Assembly (NCBI GenBank): GCA_964016885.1
Contig: OZ024741.1
Span: forward strand, 279,248,001 to 279,312,000
Direction: 5' to 3'
Length of the DNA stretch: 64,000 nt
Source of the DNA: Eledone cirrhosa
Taxonomy: Eukaryota
In this document: piece after piece, positions 1 through 15,000 of the stretch
How the letters are laid out: every line of letters begins with the position of its first letter
How positions within the stretch are numbered: the stretch's first letter is position 1
Notes under the pieces: model-generated
What the model saw: only the letters and a program-made list of their open reading frames with translations
What the model was told of the DNA's origin: nothing
Database searches by the model: none
Position numbers and translations under genes: made by a program

Positions 1-3000
1 ACAAGGCCTTTCTACTTTCCAGCCCATACAAGGCCTTTCTACTTTCCAGCCCATACAAGGCCTTTCTACTTTCCAGTCCATATAAGGCCTTTCTACTTTC
101 CAGCCCATACAAGGCCTTTCTACTTTCCAGCCCATACAAGGCCTTTCTACTTTCCAGCCCATACAAGGCCTTTCTACTTTCCAGCCCATACAAGGCCTTT
201 CTACTTTCCAGTCCATATAAGGCCTTTCTACTTTCCAGCCCATACAAGGCCTTTCTACTTTCCAGCCCATACAAGGCCTTTCTACTTTCCAGCCCATACA
301 AGGCCTTTCTACTTTCCAGTCCATATAAGGCCTTTCTACTTTCCAGCCCATACAAGGCCTTTCTACTTTCCAGCCCATATAAGGCCTTTCTACTTTCCAG
401 CCCATACAAGGCCTTTCTACTTTCCAGCCCATACAAGGCCTTTCTACTTTCCAGCCCATACAAGGCCTTTCTACTTTCCAGCCCATACAAGGCCTTTCTA
501 CTTTCCAGCCCATACAAGGCCTTTCTACTTTCCAGCCCATATAAGGCCTTTCTACTTTCCATTCCATACAAGGCCTTTCTACTTTCCAGTCCATACAAGG
601 CCTTTCTACTTTCCAGCCCATACAAGGCCTTTCTACTTTCCAGCACATATAAGGCCTTTCTACTTTCCAGCCCATACAAGGCCTTTCTACTTTCCAGTCC
701 ATATAAGGCCTTTCTACTTTCCAGTCCATATAAGGCCTTTCTACTTTCCAGCCCATACAAGGCCTTTCTAATTTCCAGCCCATATAAGGCCTTTCTACTT
801 TCCATTCCATACAAGGCCTTTCTACTTTCCAGCCCATATAAGGCCTTTCTACTTTCCAGCCCATATAAGGCCTTTCTACTTTCCAGTCCATACAAGGCTT
901 TTCTACTTTCCAGCCCATACAAGGCCTTTCTACTTTCCAGCCCATACAAGGCCTTTCTACTTTCCAGCCCATACAAGGCCTTTCTACTTTCCAGTCCATA
1001 TAAGGCCTTTCTACTTTCCAGCCCATATAAGGCCTTTCTACTTTCCAGCCCATATAAGGCCTTTCTACTTTCCAGTCCATACAAGGCTTTTCTACTTTCC
1101 AGCCCATACAAGGCCTTTCTACTTTCCAGCCCATACAAGGCCTTTCTACTTTCCAGCCCATATAAGGCCTTTCTACTTTCCAGCCCATATAAGGCCTTTC
1201 TACTTTCCAGCCCATATAAGGCCTTTCTACTTTCCAGCCCATATAAGGCCTTTCTACTTTCCAGTCCATACAAGGCCTTTCTACTTTCCAGTCCATACAA
1301 GGCCTTTCTACTTTCCAGCCCATACAAGGCCTTTCTACTTTCCAGCCCATATAAGGCCTTTCTACTTTCCAGCCCATACAAGGCCTTTCTTCTTTCCAGC
1401 CCATACAAGGCCTTTCTACTTTCCAGTCCATCAAGGACTTTCTACTTTCCAGCCCATACAAGGCCTTTCTACTTTCCAGTCCATATAAGGCCTTTCTACT
1501 TTCCAGCCCATACAAGGCCTTTCTACTTTCCAGCCCATACAAGGCCTTTCTACTTTCCAGCCCATATAAGGCCTTTCTACTTTCCAGCCCATACAAGGCC
1601 TTTCTACTTTCCAGTCCATCAAGGCCTTTCTACTTTCCAGCCCATACAAGGCCTTTCTACTTTCCAGTCCATATAAGGCCTTTCTACTTTCCAGCCCATA
1701 CAAGGCCTTTCTACTTTCCAGCCCATACAAGGCCTTTCTACTTTCCAGCCCATACAAGGCCTTTCTACTTTCCAGTCCATATAAGGCCTTTCTACTTTCC
1801 AGTCCATACAAGGCCTTTCTACTTTCCAGCCCATACAAGGCCTTTCTACTTTCCAGTCCATACAAGGCCTTTCTACTTTCCAGCCCATACAAGGCCTTTC
1901 TACTTTCCAGGCCATATAAGGCCTTTCTACTTTCCAGTCCATACAAGGCCTTTCTACTTTCCAGCCCATATAAGGCCTTTCTACTTTCCAGCCCATACAA
2001 GGCCTTTCTACTTTCCAGGCCATATAAGGCCTTTCTACTTTCCAGTCCATACAAGGCCTTTCTACTTTCCAGCCCATATAAGGCCTTTCTACTTTCCAGC
2101 CCATACAAGGCCTTTCTACTTTCCAGTCCATACAAGGCCTTTCTACTTTCCAGCCCATACAAGGCCTTTCTACTTTCCAGTCCATATAAGGCCTTTCTAC
2201 TTTCCAGTCCATATAAGGCCTTTCTACTTTCCAGTCCATACAAGGCCTTTCTACTTTCCAGCCCATATAAGGCCTTTCTACTTTCCAGCCCATACCAGGC
2301 CTTTCTACTTTCCAGTCCATACAAGGCCTTTCTACTTTCCAGCCCATACAAGGCCTTTCTACTTTCCAGCCCATACAAGGCCTTTCTACTTTCCAGTCCA
2401 TATAAGGCCTTTCTACTTTCCAGCCCATACAAGGCCTTTCTACTTTCCAGCCCATATAAGGCCTTTCTACTTTCCAGCCCATACAAGGCCTTTCTACTTT
2501 CCAGCCCATACAAGGCCTTTCTACTTTCCAGCCCATACAAGGCCTTTCTACTTTCCAGCCCATACAAGGCCTTTCTACTTTCCAGCCCATACAAGGCCTT
2601 TCTACTTTCCAGTCCATATAAGGCCTTTCTACTTTCCAGCCCATACAAGGCCTTTCTACTTTCCAGCCCATACAAGGCCTTTCTACTTTCCAGCCCATAC
2701 AAGGCCTTTCTACTTTCCAGCCCATACAAGGCCTTTCTACTTTCCAGCCCATACAAGGCCTTTCTACTTTCCAGTCCATATAAGGCCTTTCTACTTTCCA
2801 GCCCATACAAGGCCTTTCTACTTTCCAGCCCATACAAGGCCTTTCTACTTTCCAGCCCATACAAGGCCTTTCTACTTTCCAGCCCATACAAGGCCTTTCT
2901 ACTTTCCAGTCCATATAAGGCCTTTCTACTTTCCAGCCCATACAAGGCCTTTCTACTTTCCAGCCCATACAAGGCCTTTCTACTTTCCAGCCCATACAAG

Positions 3001-6000
3001 GCCTTTCTACTTTCCAGCCCATACAAGGCCTTTCTACTTTCCAGTCCATATAAGGCCTTTCTACTTTCCAGCCCATACAAGGCCTTTCTACTTTCCAGCC
3101 CATACAAGGCCTTTCTACTTTCCAGTCCATATAAGGCCTTTCTACTTTCCAGCCCATACAAGGCCTTTCTACTTTCCAGCCCATATAAGGCCTTTCTACT
3201 TTCCAGCCCATACAAGGCCTTTCTACTTTCCAGCCCATACAAGGCCTTTCTACTTTCCAGCCCATACAAGGCCTTTCTACTTTCCAGCCCATACAAGGCC
3301 TTTCTACTTTCCAGCCCATACAAGGCCTTTCTACTTTCCAGCCCATATAAGGCCTTTCTACTTTCCATTCCATACAAGGCCTTTCTACTTTCCAGTCCAT
3401 ACAAGGCCTTTCTACTTTCCAGCCCATACAAGGCCTTTCTACTTTCCAGCCCATATAAGGCCTTTCTACTTTCCAGCCCATACAAGGCCTTTCTACTTTC
3501 CAGTCCATATAAGGCCTTTCTACTTTCCAGTCCATATAAGGCCTTTCTACTTTCCAGCCCATACAAGGCCTTTCTACTTTCCAGCCCATATAAGGCCTTT
3601 CTACTTTCCATTCCATACAAGGCCTTTCTACTTTCCAGCCCATATAAGGCCTTTCTACTTTCCAGCCCATATAAGGCCTTTCTACTTTCCAGTCCATACA
3701 AGGCTTTTCTACTTTCCAGCCCATACAAGGCCTTTCTACTTTCCAGCCCATACAAGGCCTTTCTACTTTCCAGCCCATACAAGGCCTTTCTACTTTCCAG
3801 TCCATATAAGGCCTTTCTACTTTCCAGCCCATATAAGGCCTTTCTACTTTCCAGCCCATATAAGGCCTTTCTACTTTCCAGTCCATACAAGGCTTTTCTA
3901 CTTTCCAGCCCATACAAGGCCTTTCTACTTTCCAGCCCATACAAGGCCTTTCTACTTTCCAGCCCATATAAGGCCTTTCTACTTTCCAGCCCATATAAGG
4001 CCTTTCTACTTTCCAGCCCATATAAGGCCTTTCTACTTTCCAGCCCATATAAGGCCTTTCTACTTTCCAGTCCATACAAGGCCTTTCTACTTTCCAGTCC
4101 ATACAAGGCCTTTCTACTTTCCAGCCCATACAAGGCCTTTCTACTTTCCAGCCCATATAAGGCCTTTCTACTTTCCAGCCCATACAAGGCCTTTCTACTT
4201 TCCAGCCCATACAAGGCCTTTCTACTTTCCAGTCCATCAAGGCCTTTCTACTTTCCAGCCCATACAAGGCCTTTCTACTTTCCAGTCCATATAAGGCCTT
4301 TCTACTTTCCAGCCCATACAAGGCCTTTCTACTTTCCAGCCCATACAAGGCCTTTCTACTTTCCAGCCCATATAAGGCCTTTCTACTTTCCAGCCCATAC
4401 AAGGCCTTTCTACTTTCCAGTCCATCAAGGCCTTTCTACTTTCCAGCCCATACAAGGCCTTTCTACTTTCCAGTCCATATAAGGCCTTTCTACTTTCCAG
4501 CCCATACAAGGCCTTTCTACTTTCCAGCCCATACAAGGCCTTTCTACTTTCCAGTCCATATAAGGCCTTTCTACTTTCCAGTCCATACAAGGCCTTTCTA
4601 CTTTCCAGCCCATACAAGGCCTTTCTACTTTCCAGTCCATACAAGGCCTTTCTACTTTCCAGCCCATACAAGGCCTTTCTACTTTCCAGGCCATATAAGG
4701 CCTTTCTACTTTCCAGTCCATACAAGGCCTTTCTACTTTCCAGCCCATATAAGGCCTTTCTACTTTCCAGCCCATACAAGGCCTTTCTACTTTCCAGGCC
4801 ATATAAGGCCTTTCTACTTTCCAGTCCATACAAGGCCTTTCTACTTTCCAGCCCATATAAGGCCTTTCTACTTTCCAGCCCATACAAGGCCTTTCTACTT
4901 TCCAGTCCATACAAGGCCTTTCTACTTTCCAGCCCATACAAGGCCTTTCTACTTTCCAGTCCATATAAGGCCTTTCTACTTTCCAGTCCATATAAGGCCT
5001 TTCTACTTTCCAGTCCATACAAGACCTTTCTACTTTCCAGCCCATACAAGGCCTTTCTACTTTCCAGGCCACATAAGGCCTTTCTACTTTCCAGTCCATA
5101 CAAGGCCTTTCTACTTTCCAGCCCATATAAGGCCTTTCTACTTTCCAGCCCATACAAGGCCTTTCTACTTTCCAGGCCATATAAGGCCTTTCTACTTTCC
5201 AGTCCATACAAGGCCTTTCTACTTTCCAGCCCATATAAGGCCTTTCTACTTTCCAGCCCATACAAGGCCTTTCTACTTTCCAGTCCATACAAGGCCTTTC
5301 TACTTTCCAGCCCATACAAGGCCTTTCTACTTTCCAGTCCATATAAGGCCTTTCTACTTTCCAGTCCATATAAGGCCTTTCTACTTTCCAGTCCATACAA
5401 GGCCTTTCTACTTTCCAGCCCATACAAGGCCTTTCTACTTTCCAGCCCATACCAGGCCTTTCTACTTTCCAGTCCATACAAGGCCTTTCTACTTTCCAGC
5501 CCATACAAGGCCTTTCTACTTTCCAGTCCATACAAGGCCTTTCTACTTTCCAGCCCATACAAGGCCTTTCTACTTTCCAGGCCATATAAGGCCTTTCTAC
5601 TTTCCAGTCCATACAAGGCCTTTCTACTTTCCAGCCCATATAAGGCCTTTCTACTTTCCAGCCCATACAAGGCCTTTCTACTTTCCAGGCCATATAAGGC
5701 CTTTCTACTTTCCAGTCCATACAAGGCCTTTCTACTTTCCAGCCCATATAAGGCCTTTCTACTTTCCAGCCCATACAAGGCCTTTCTACTTTCCAGTCCA
5801 TACAAGGCCTTTCTACTTTCCAGCCCATACAAGGCCTTTCTACTTTCCAGTCCATACAAGGCCTTTCTACTTTCCAGCCCATACAAGGCCTTTCTACTTT
5901 CCAGCCCATACAAGGCCTTTCTACTTTCCAGCCCATACAAGGCCTTTCTACTTTCCAGCCCATACAAGGCCTTTCTACTTTCCAGGCCATATAAGGCCTT

Positions 6001-9000
6001 TCTACTTTCCAGTCCATACAAGGCCTTTCTACTTTCCAGTCCATACAAGGCCTTTCTACTTTCCAGCCCATACAAGGCCTTTCTACTTTCCAGTCCATAT
6101 AAGGCCTTTCTACTTTCCAGCCCATACAAGGCCTTTCTACTTTCCAGTCCATACAAGGCCTATCTACTTTCCAGCCCATACAAGGCCTTTCTACTTTCCA
6201 GTCCATACAAGGCCTTTCTACTTTCCAGTCCATACAAGGCCTTTCTACTTTCCAGTCCATACAAGGCCTTTCTACTTTCCAGTCCATACAAGGCCTTTCT
6301 ACTTTCCAGCCCATACAAGGCCTTTCTACTTTCCAGTCCATATAAGGCCTTTCTACTTTCCAGCCCATACAAGGCCTTTCTACTTTCCAGTCCATACAAG
6401 GCCTATCTACTTTCCAGCCCATACAAGGCCTTTCTACTTTCCAGTCCATACAAGGCCTTTCTACTTTCCAGTCCATACAAGGCCTTTCTACTTTCCAGTC
6501 CATACAAGGCCTTTCTACTTTCCAGTCCATACAAGGCCTTTCTACTTTCCAGTCCATATAAGGCCTTTCTACTTTCCAGTCCATATAAGGCCTTTCTACT
6601 TTCCAGTCCATATAAGGCCTTTCTACTTTCCAGTCCATATAAGGCCTTTCTACTTTCCAGCCCATACAAGGCCTTTCTACTTTCCAGTCCATATAAGGCC
6701 TTTCTACTTTCCAGTCCATATAAGGCCTTTCTACTTTCCAGTCCATATAAGGCCTTTCTACTTTCCAGCCCATACAAGGCCTTTCTACTTTCCAGTCCAT
6801 ACAAGGCCTTTCTACTTTCCAGTCCATATAAGGCCTTTCTACTTTCCAGTCCATATAAGGCCTTTCTACTTTCCAGTCCATATAAGGCCTTTCTACTTTC
6901 CAGCCCATACAAGGCCTTTCTACTTTCCAGCCCATACAAGGCCTTTCTACTTTCCAGTCCATACAAGGCCTTTCTACTTTCCAGTCCATACAAGGCCTTT
7001 CTACTTTCCAGCCCATACAAGGCCTTTCTACTTTCCAGCCCATATAAGGCCTTTCTACTTTCCAGCCCATACCAGGCCTTTCTACTTTCCAGCCCATATA
7101 AGGCCTTTCTACTTTCCAGCCCATACAAGGCCTTTCTACTTTCCAGCCCATACAAGGCCTTTCTACTTTCCAGCCCATATAAGGCCTTTCTACTTTCCAG
7201 CCCATACAAGGCCTTTCTACTTTCCAGCCCATACAAGGCCTTTCTACTTTCCAGTCCATACAAGGCCTTTCTACTTTCCAGTCCATATAAGGCCTTTCTA
7301 CTTTCCAGCCCGTATAAGGCCTTTCTACTTTCCAGCCCATACAAGGCCTTTCTACTTTCCAGCCCATACAAGGCCTTTCTACTTTCCAGTCCATACAAGG
7401 CCTTTCTACTTTCCAGCCCATACAAGGCCTTTCTACTTTCCAGCCCATACAAGGCCTTTCTACTTTCCAGCCCATACAAGGCCTTTCTACTTTCCAGCCC
7501 ATACAAGGCCTTTCTACTTTCCAGCCCATACAAGGCCTTTCTACTTTCCAGCCCATACAAGGCCTTTCTACTTTCCAGTCCATATAAGGCCTTTCTACTT
7601 TCCAGTCCATATAAGGCCTTTCTACTTTCCAGTCCATACAAGGCCTTTCTACTTTCCAGCCCATATAAGGCCTTTCTACTTTCCAGCCCATACAAGGCCT
7701 TTCTACTTTCCAGGCCATACAAGGCCTTTCTACTTTCCAGCCCATACAAGGCCTTTCTACTTTCCAGCCCATACCAGGCCTTTCTACTTTCCAGCCCATA
7801 CCAGGCCTTTCTACTTTCCAGCCCATATAAGGCCTTTCTACTTTCCAGCCCATACCAGGCCTTTCTACTTTCCAGCCCATACCAGGCCTTTCTACTTTCC
7901 AGCCCATACAAGGCCTTTCTACTTTCCAGTCCATACAAGGCCTTTCTACTTTCCAGCCCATACCAGGCCTTTCTACTTTCCAGCCCATACCAGGCCTTTC
8001 TACTTTCCAGCCCATACCAGGCCTTTCTACTTTCCAGCCCATACCAGGCCTTTCTACTTTCCAGCCCATACAAGGCCTTTCTACTTTCCAGTCCATACAA
8101 GGCCTTTCTACTTTCCAGCCCATACCAGGCCTTTCTACTTTCCAGCCCATACCAGGCCTTTCTACTTTCCAGCCCATACAAGGCCTTTCCACTTTCCAGC
8201 CCATATAAGGCCTTTCTACTTTCCAGCCCATACCAGGCCTTTCTACTTTCCAGCCCATATAAGGCCTTTCTACTTTCCAGCCCATACAAGGCCTTTCTAC
8301 TTTCCAGCCCATACCAGGCCTTTCTACTTTCCAGCCCATACAAGGCCTTTCCACTTTCCAGCCCATATAAGGCCTTTCTACTTTCCAGCCCATACCAGGC
8401 CTTTCTACTTTCCAGCCCATATAAGGCCTTTCTACTTTCCAGCCCATACAAGGCCTTTCTACTTTCCAGCCCATACAAGGCCTTTCTACTTTCCAGCCCA
8501 TACAAGGCCTTTCTACTTTCCAGCCCATACAAGGCCTTTCTACTTTCCAGTCCATACAAGGCCTTTCTACTTTCCAGCCCATATAAGGCCTTTCTACTTT
8601 CCAGCCCATACCAGGCCTTTCTACTTTCCAGCCCATACAAGGCCTTTCTACTTTCCAGTCCATACAAGGCCTTTCTACTTTCCAGTCCATATAAGGCCTT
8701 TCTACTTTCCAGCCCATACCAGGCCTTTCTACTTTCCAGTCCATATAAGGCCTTTCTACTTTCCAGCCCATATAAGGCCTTTCTACTTTCCAGCCCATAC
8801 AAGGCCTTTCTACTTTCCAGCCCATACAAGGCCTTTCTACTTTCCAGCCCATACAAGGCCTTTCTACTTTCCAGTCCATACAAGGCCTTTCTACTTTCCA
8901 GCCCATACAAGGCCTTTCTACTTTCCAGCCCATACAAGGCCTTTCTACTTTCCAGCCCATACCAGGCCTTTCTACTTTCCAGTCCATACAAGGCCTTTCT

Positions 9001-12000
9001 ACTTTCCAGCCCATACAAGGCCTTTCTACTTTCCAGCCCATATAAGGCCTTTCTACTTTCTAGCCCATACAAGGCCTTTCTACTTTCCAGCCCATATAAG
9101 GCCTTTCTACTTTCCAGCCCATATAAGGCCTTTCTACTTTCCAGCCCATACAAGGCCTTTCTACTTTCCAGCCCATACAAGGCCTTTCTACTTTCCAGCC
9201 CATATAAGGCCTTTCTACTTTCCAGCCCATATAAGGCCTTTCTACTTTCCAGCCCATACAAGGCCTTTCTACTTTCCAGTCCATATAAGGCCTTTCTACT
9301 TTCCAGCCCATATAAGGCCTTTCTACTTTCCAGCCCATACAAGGCCTTTCTACTTTCCAGCCCATACAAGGCCTTTCTACTTTCCAGCCCATATAAGGCC
9401 TTTCTACTTTCCAGCCCATATAAGGCCTTTCTACTTTCCAGCCCATCCAAGGCCTTTCTACTTTCCAGCCCATACAAGGCCTTTCTACTTTCCAGCCCAT
9501 ATAAGGCCTTTCTACTTTCCAGCCCATACAAGGCCTTTCTACTTTCCAGTCCATATAAGGCCTTTCTACTTTCCAGTCCATATAAGGCCTTTCTACTTTC
9601 CAGTCCATACAAGGCCTTTCTACTTTCCAGCCCATACAAGGCCTTTCTACTTTCCAGCCCATACCAGGCCTTTCTACTTTCCAGTCCATACAAGGCCTTT
9701 CTACTTTCCAGCCCATACAAGGCCTTTCTACTTTCCAGTCCATACAAGGCCTTTCTACTTTCCAGCCCATACAAGGCCTTTCTACTTTCCAGGCCATATA
9801 AGGCCTTTCTACTTTCCAGTCCATACAAGGCCTTTCTACTTTCCAGCCCATATAAGGCCTTTCTACTTTCCAGCCCATACAAGGCCTTTCTACTTTCCAG
9901 GCCATATAAGGCCTTTCTACTTTCCAGTCCATACAAGGCCTTTCTACTTTCCAGCCCATATAAGGCCTTTCAACTTTCCAGCCCATACAAGGCCTTTCTA
10001 CTTTCCAGTCCATACAAGGCCTTTCTACTTTCCAGCCCATACAAGGCCTTTCTACTTTCCAGTCCATACAAGGCCTTTCTACTTTCCAGCCCATACAAGG
10101 CCTTTCTACTTTCCAGCCCATACAAGGCCTTTCTACTTTCCAGCCCATACAAGGCCTTTCTACTTTCCAGCCCATACAAGGCCTTTCTACTTTCCAGGCC
10201 ATATAAGGCCTTTCTACTTTCCAGTCCATACAAGGCCTTTCTACTTTCCAGTCCATACAAGGCCTTTCTACTTTCCAGCCCATACAAGGCCTTTCTACTT
10301 TCCAGTCCATATAAGGCCTTTCTACTTTCCAGCCCATACAAGGCCTTTCTACTTTCCAGTCCATACAAGGCCTATCTACTTTCCAGCCCATACAAGGCCT
10401 TTCTACTTTCCAGTCCATACAAGGCCTTTCTACTTTCCAGTCCATACAAGGCCTTTCTACTTTCCAGTCCATACAAGGCCTTTCTACTTTCCAGTCCATA
10501 CAAGGCCTTTCTACTTTCCAGCCCATACAAGGCCTTTCTACTTTCCAGTCCATATAAGGCCTTTCTACTTTCCAGCCCATACAAGGCCTTTCTACTTTCC
10601 AGTCCATACAAGGCCTATCTACTTTCCAGCCCATACAAGGCCTTTCTACTTTCCAGTCCATACAAGGCCTTTCTACTTTCCAGTCCATACAAGGCCTTTC
10701 TACTTTCCAGTCCATACAAGGCCTTTCTACTTTCCAGTCCATACAAGGCCTTTCTACTTTCCAGTCCATATAAGGCCTTTCTACTTTCCAGTCCATATAA
10801 GGCCTTTCTACTTTCCAGTCCATATAAGGCCTTTCTACTTTCCAGTCCATATAAGGCCTTTCTACTTTCCAGCCCATACAAGGCCTTTCTACTTTCCAGT
10901 CCATATAAGGCCTTTCTACTTTCCAGTCCATATAAGGCCTTTCTACTTTCCAGTCCATATAAGGCCTTTCTACTTTCCAGCCCATACAAGGCCTTTCTAC
11001 TTTCCAGTCCATACAAGGCCTTTCTACTTTCCAGTCCATATAAGGCCTTTCTACTTTCCAGTCCATATAAGGCCTTTCTACTTTCCAGTCCATATAAGGC
11101 CTTTCTACTTTCCAGCCCATACAAGGCCTTTCTACTTTCCAGCCCATACAAGGCCTTTCTACTTTCCAGTCCATACAAGGCCTTTCTACTTTCCAGTCCA
11201 TACAAGGCCTTTCTACTTTCCAGCCCATACAAGGCCTTTCTACTTTCCAGCCCATATAAGGCCTTTCTACTTTCCAGCCCATACCAGGCCTTTCTACTTT
11301 CCAGCCCATATAAGGCCTTTCTACTTTCCAGCCCATACAAGGCCTTTCTACTTTCCAGCCCATACAAGGCCTTTCTACTTTCCAGCCCATATAAGGCCTT
11401 TCTACTTTCCAGCCCATACAAGGCCTTTCTACTTTCCAGCCCATACAAGGCCTTTCTACTTTCCAGTCCATACAAGGCCTTTCTACTTTCCAGTCCATAT
11501 AAGGCCTTTCTACTTTCCAGCCCGTATAAGGCCTTTCTACTTTCCAGCCCATACAAGGCCTTTCTACTTTCCAGCCCATACAAGGCCTTTCTACTTTCCA
11601 GTCCATACAAGGCCTTTCTACTTTCCAGCCCATACAAGGCCTTTCTACTTTCCAGCCCATACAAGGCCTTTCTACTTTCCAGCCCATACAAGGCCTTTCT
11701 ACTTTCCAGCCCATACAAGGCCTTTCTACTTTCCAGCCCATACAAGGCCTTTCTACTTTCCAGCCCATACCAGGCCTTTCTACTTTCCAGCCCATATAAG
11801 GCCTTTCTACTTTCCAGCCCATACCAGGCCTTTCTACTTTCCAGCCCATACCAGGCCTTTCTACTTTCCAGCCCATACAAGGCCTTTCTACTTTCCAGTC
11901 CATACAAGGCCTTTCTACTTTCCAGCCCATACCAGGCCTTTCTACTTTCCAGCCCATACCAGGCCTTTCTACTTTCCAGCCCATACCAGGCCTTTCTACT

Positions 12001-15000
12001 TTCCAGCCCATACCAGGCCTTTCTACTTTCCAGCCCATACAAGGCCTTTCTACTTTCCAGTCCATACAAGGCCTTTCTACTTTCCAGCCCATACCAGGCC
12101 TTTCTACTTTCCAGCCCATACCAGGCCTTTCTACTTTCCAGCCCATACAAGGCCTTTCCACTTTCCAGCCCATATAAGGCCTTTCTACTTTCCAGCCCAT
12201 ACCAGGCCTTTCTACTTTCCAGCCCATATAAGGCCTTTCTACTTTCCAGCCCATACAAGGCCTTTCTACTTTCCAGCCCATACCAGGCCTTTCTACTTTC
12301 CAGCCCATACAAGGCCTTTCCACTTTCCAGCCCATATAAGGCCTTTCTACTTTCCAGCCCATACCAGGCCTTTCTACTTTCCAGCCCATATAAGGCCTTT
12401 CTACTTTCCAGCCCATACAAGGCCTTTCTACTTTCCAGCCCATACAAGGCCTTTCTACTTTCCAGCCCATACAAGGCCTTTCTACTTTCCAGCCCATACA
12501 AGGCCTTTCTACTTTCCAGTCCATACAAGGCCTTTCTACTTTCCAGCCCATATAAGGCCTTTCTACTTTCCAGCCCATACCAGGCCTTTCTACTTTCCAG
12601 CCCATACAAGGCCTTTCTACTTTCCAGTCCATACAAGGCCTTTCTACTTTCCAGTCCATATAAGGCCTTTCTACTTTCCAGCCCATACCAGGCCTTTCTA
12701 CTTTCCAGCCCATACAAGGCCTTTCTACTTTCCAGCCCATATAAGGCCTTTCTACTTTCCAGCCCATATAAGGCATTTCTACTTTCCAGCCCATCCAAGG
12801 CCTTTCTACTTTCCAGCCCATACAAGGCCTTTCTACTTTCCAGCCCATATAAGGCCTTTCTACTTTCCAGCCCATACAAGGCCTTTCTACTTTCCAGTCC
12901 ATATAAGGCCTTTCTACTTTCCAGTCCATATAAGGCCTTTCTACTTTCCAGTCCATACAAGGCCTTTCTACTTTCCAGCCCATACAAGGCCTTTCTACTT
13001 TCCAGCCCATACCAGGCCTTTCTACTTTCCAGTCCATACAAGGCCTTTCTACTTTCCAGCCCATACAAGGCCTTTCTACTTTCCAGTCCATACAAGGCCT
13101 TTCTACTTTCCAGCCCATACAAGGCCTTTCTACTTTCCAGGCCATATAAGGCCTTTCTACTTTCCAGTCCATACAAGGCCTTTCTACTTTCCAGCCCATA
13201 TAAGGCCTTTCTACTTTCCAGCCCATACAAGGCCTTTCTACTTTCCAGGCCATATAAGGCCTTTCTACTTTCCAGTCCATACAAGGCCTTTCTACTTTCC
13301 AGCCCATATAAGGCCTTTCAACTTTCCAGCCCATACAAGGCCTTTCTACTTTCCAGTCCATACAAGGCCTTTCTACTTTCCAGCCCATACAAGGCCTTTC
13401 TACTTTCCAGTCCATACAAGGCCTTTCTACTTTCCAGCCCATACAAGGCCTTTCTACTTTCCAGCCCATACAAGGCCTTTCTACTTTCCAGCCCATACAA
13501 GGCCTTTCTACTTTCCAGCCCATACAAGGCCTTTCTACTTTCCAGGCCATATAAGGCCTTTCTACTTTCCAGTCCATACAAGGCCTTTCTACTTTCCAGT
13601 CCATACAAGGCCTTTCTACTTTCCAGCCCATACAAGGCCTTTCTACTTTCCAGTCCATATAAGGCCTTTCTACTTTCCAGCCCATACAAGGCCTTTCTAC
13701 TTTCCAGTCCATACAAGGCCTATCTACTTTCCAGCCCATACAAGGCCTTTCTACTTTCCAGTCCATACAAGGCCTTTCTACTTTCCAGTCCATACAAGGC
13801 CTTTCTACTTTCCAGTCCATACAAGGCCTTTCTACTTTCCAGTCCATACAAGGCCTTTCTACTTTCCAGCCCATACAAGGCCTTTCTACTTTCCAGTCCA
13901 TATAAGGCCTTTCTACTTTCCAGCCCATACAAGGCCTTTCTACTTTCCAGTCCATACAAGGCCTATCTACTTTCCAGCCCATACAAGGCCTTTCTACTTT
14001 CCAGTCCATACAAGGCCTTTCTACTTTCCAGTCCATACAAGGCCTTTCTACTTTCCAGTCCATACAAGGCCTTTCTACTTTCCAGTCCATACAAGGCCTT
14101 TCTACTTTCCAGTCCATATAAGGCCTTTCTACTTTCCAGTCCATATAAGGCCTTTCTACTTTCCAGTCCATATAAGGCCTTTCTACTTTCCAGTCCATAT
14201 AAGGCCTTTCTACTTTCCAGCCCATACAAGGCCTTTCTACTTTCCAGTCCATATAAGGCCTTTCTACTTTCCAGTCCATATAAGGCCTTTCTACTTTCCA
14301 GTCCATATAAGGCCTTTCTACTTTCCAGCCCATACAAGGCCTTTCTACTTTCCAGTCCATACAAGGCCTTTCTACTTTCCAGTCCATATAAGGCCTTTCT
14401 ACTTTCCAGTCCATATAAGGCCTTTCTACTTTCCAGTCCATATAAGGCCTTTCTACTTTCCAGCCCATACAAGGCCTTTCTACTTTCCAGCCCATACAAG
14501 GCCTTTCTACTTTCCAGTCCATACAAGGCCTTTCTACTTTCCAGTCCATACAAGGCCTTTCTACTTTCCAGCCCATACAAGGCCTTTCTACTTTCCAGCC
14601 CATATAAGGCCTTTCTACTTTCCAGCCCATACCAGGCCTTTCTACTTTCCAGCCCATATAAGGCCTTTCTACTTTCCAGCCCATACAAGGCCTTTCTACT
14701 TTCCAGCCCATACAAGGCCTTTCTACTTTCCAGCCCATATAAGGCCTTTCTACTTTCCAGCCCATACAAGGCCTTTCTACTTTCCAGCCCATACAAGGCC
14801 TTTCTACTTTCCAGTCCATACAAGGCCTTTCTACTTTCCAGTCCATATAAGGCCTTTCTACTTTCCAGCCCGTATAAGGCCTTTCTACTTTCCAGCCCAT
14901 ACAAGGCCTTTCTACTTTCCAGCCCATACAAGGCCTTTCTACTTTCCAGTCCATACAAGGCCTTTCTACTTTCCAGCCCATACAAGGCCTTTCTACTTTC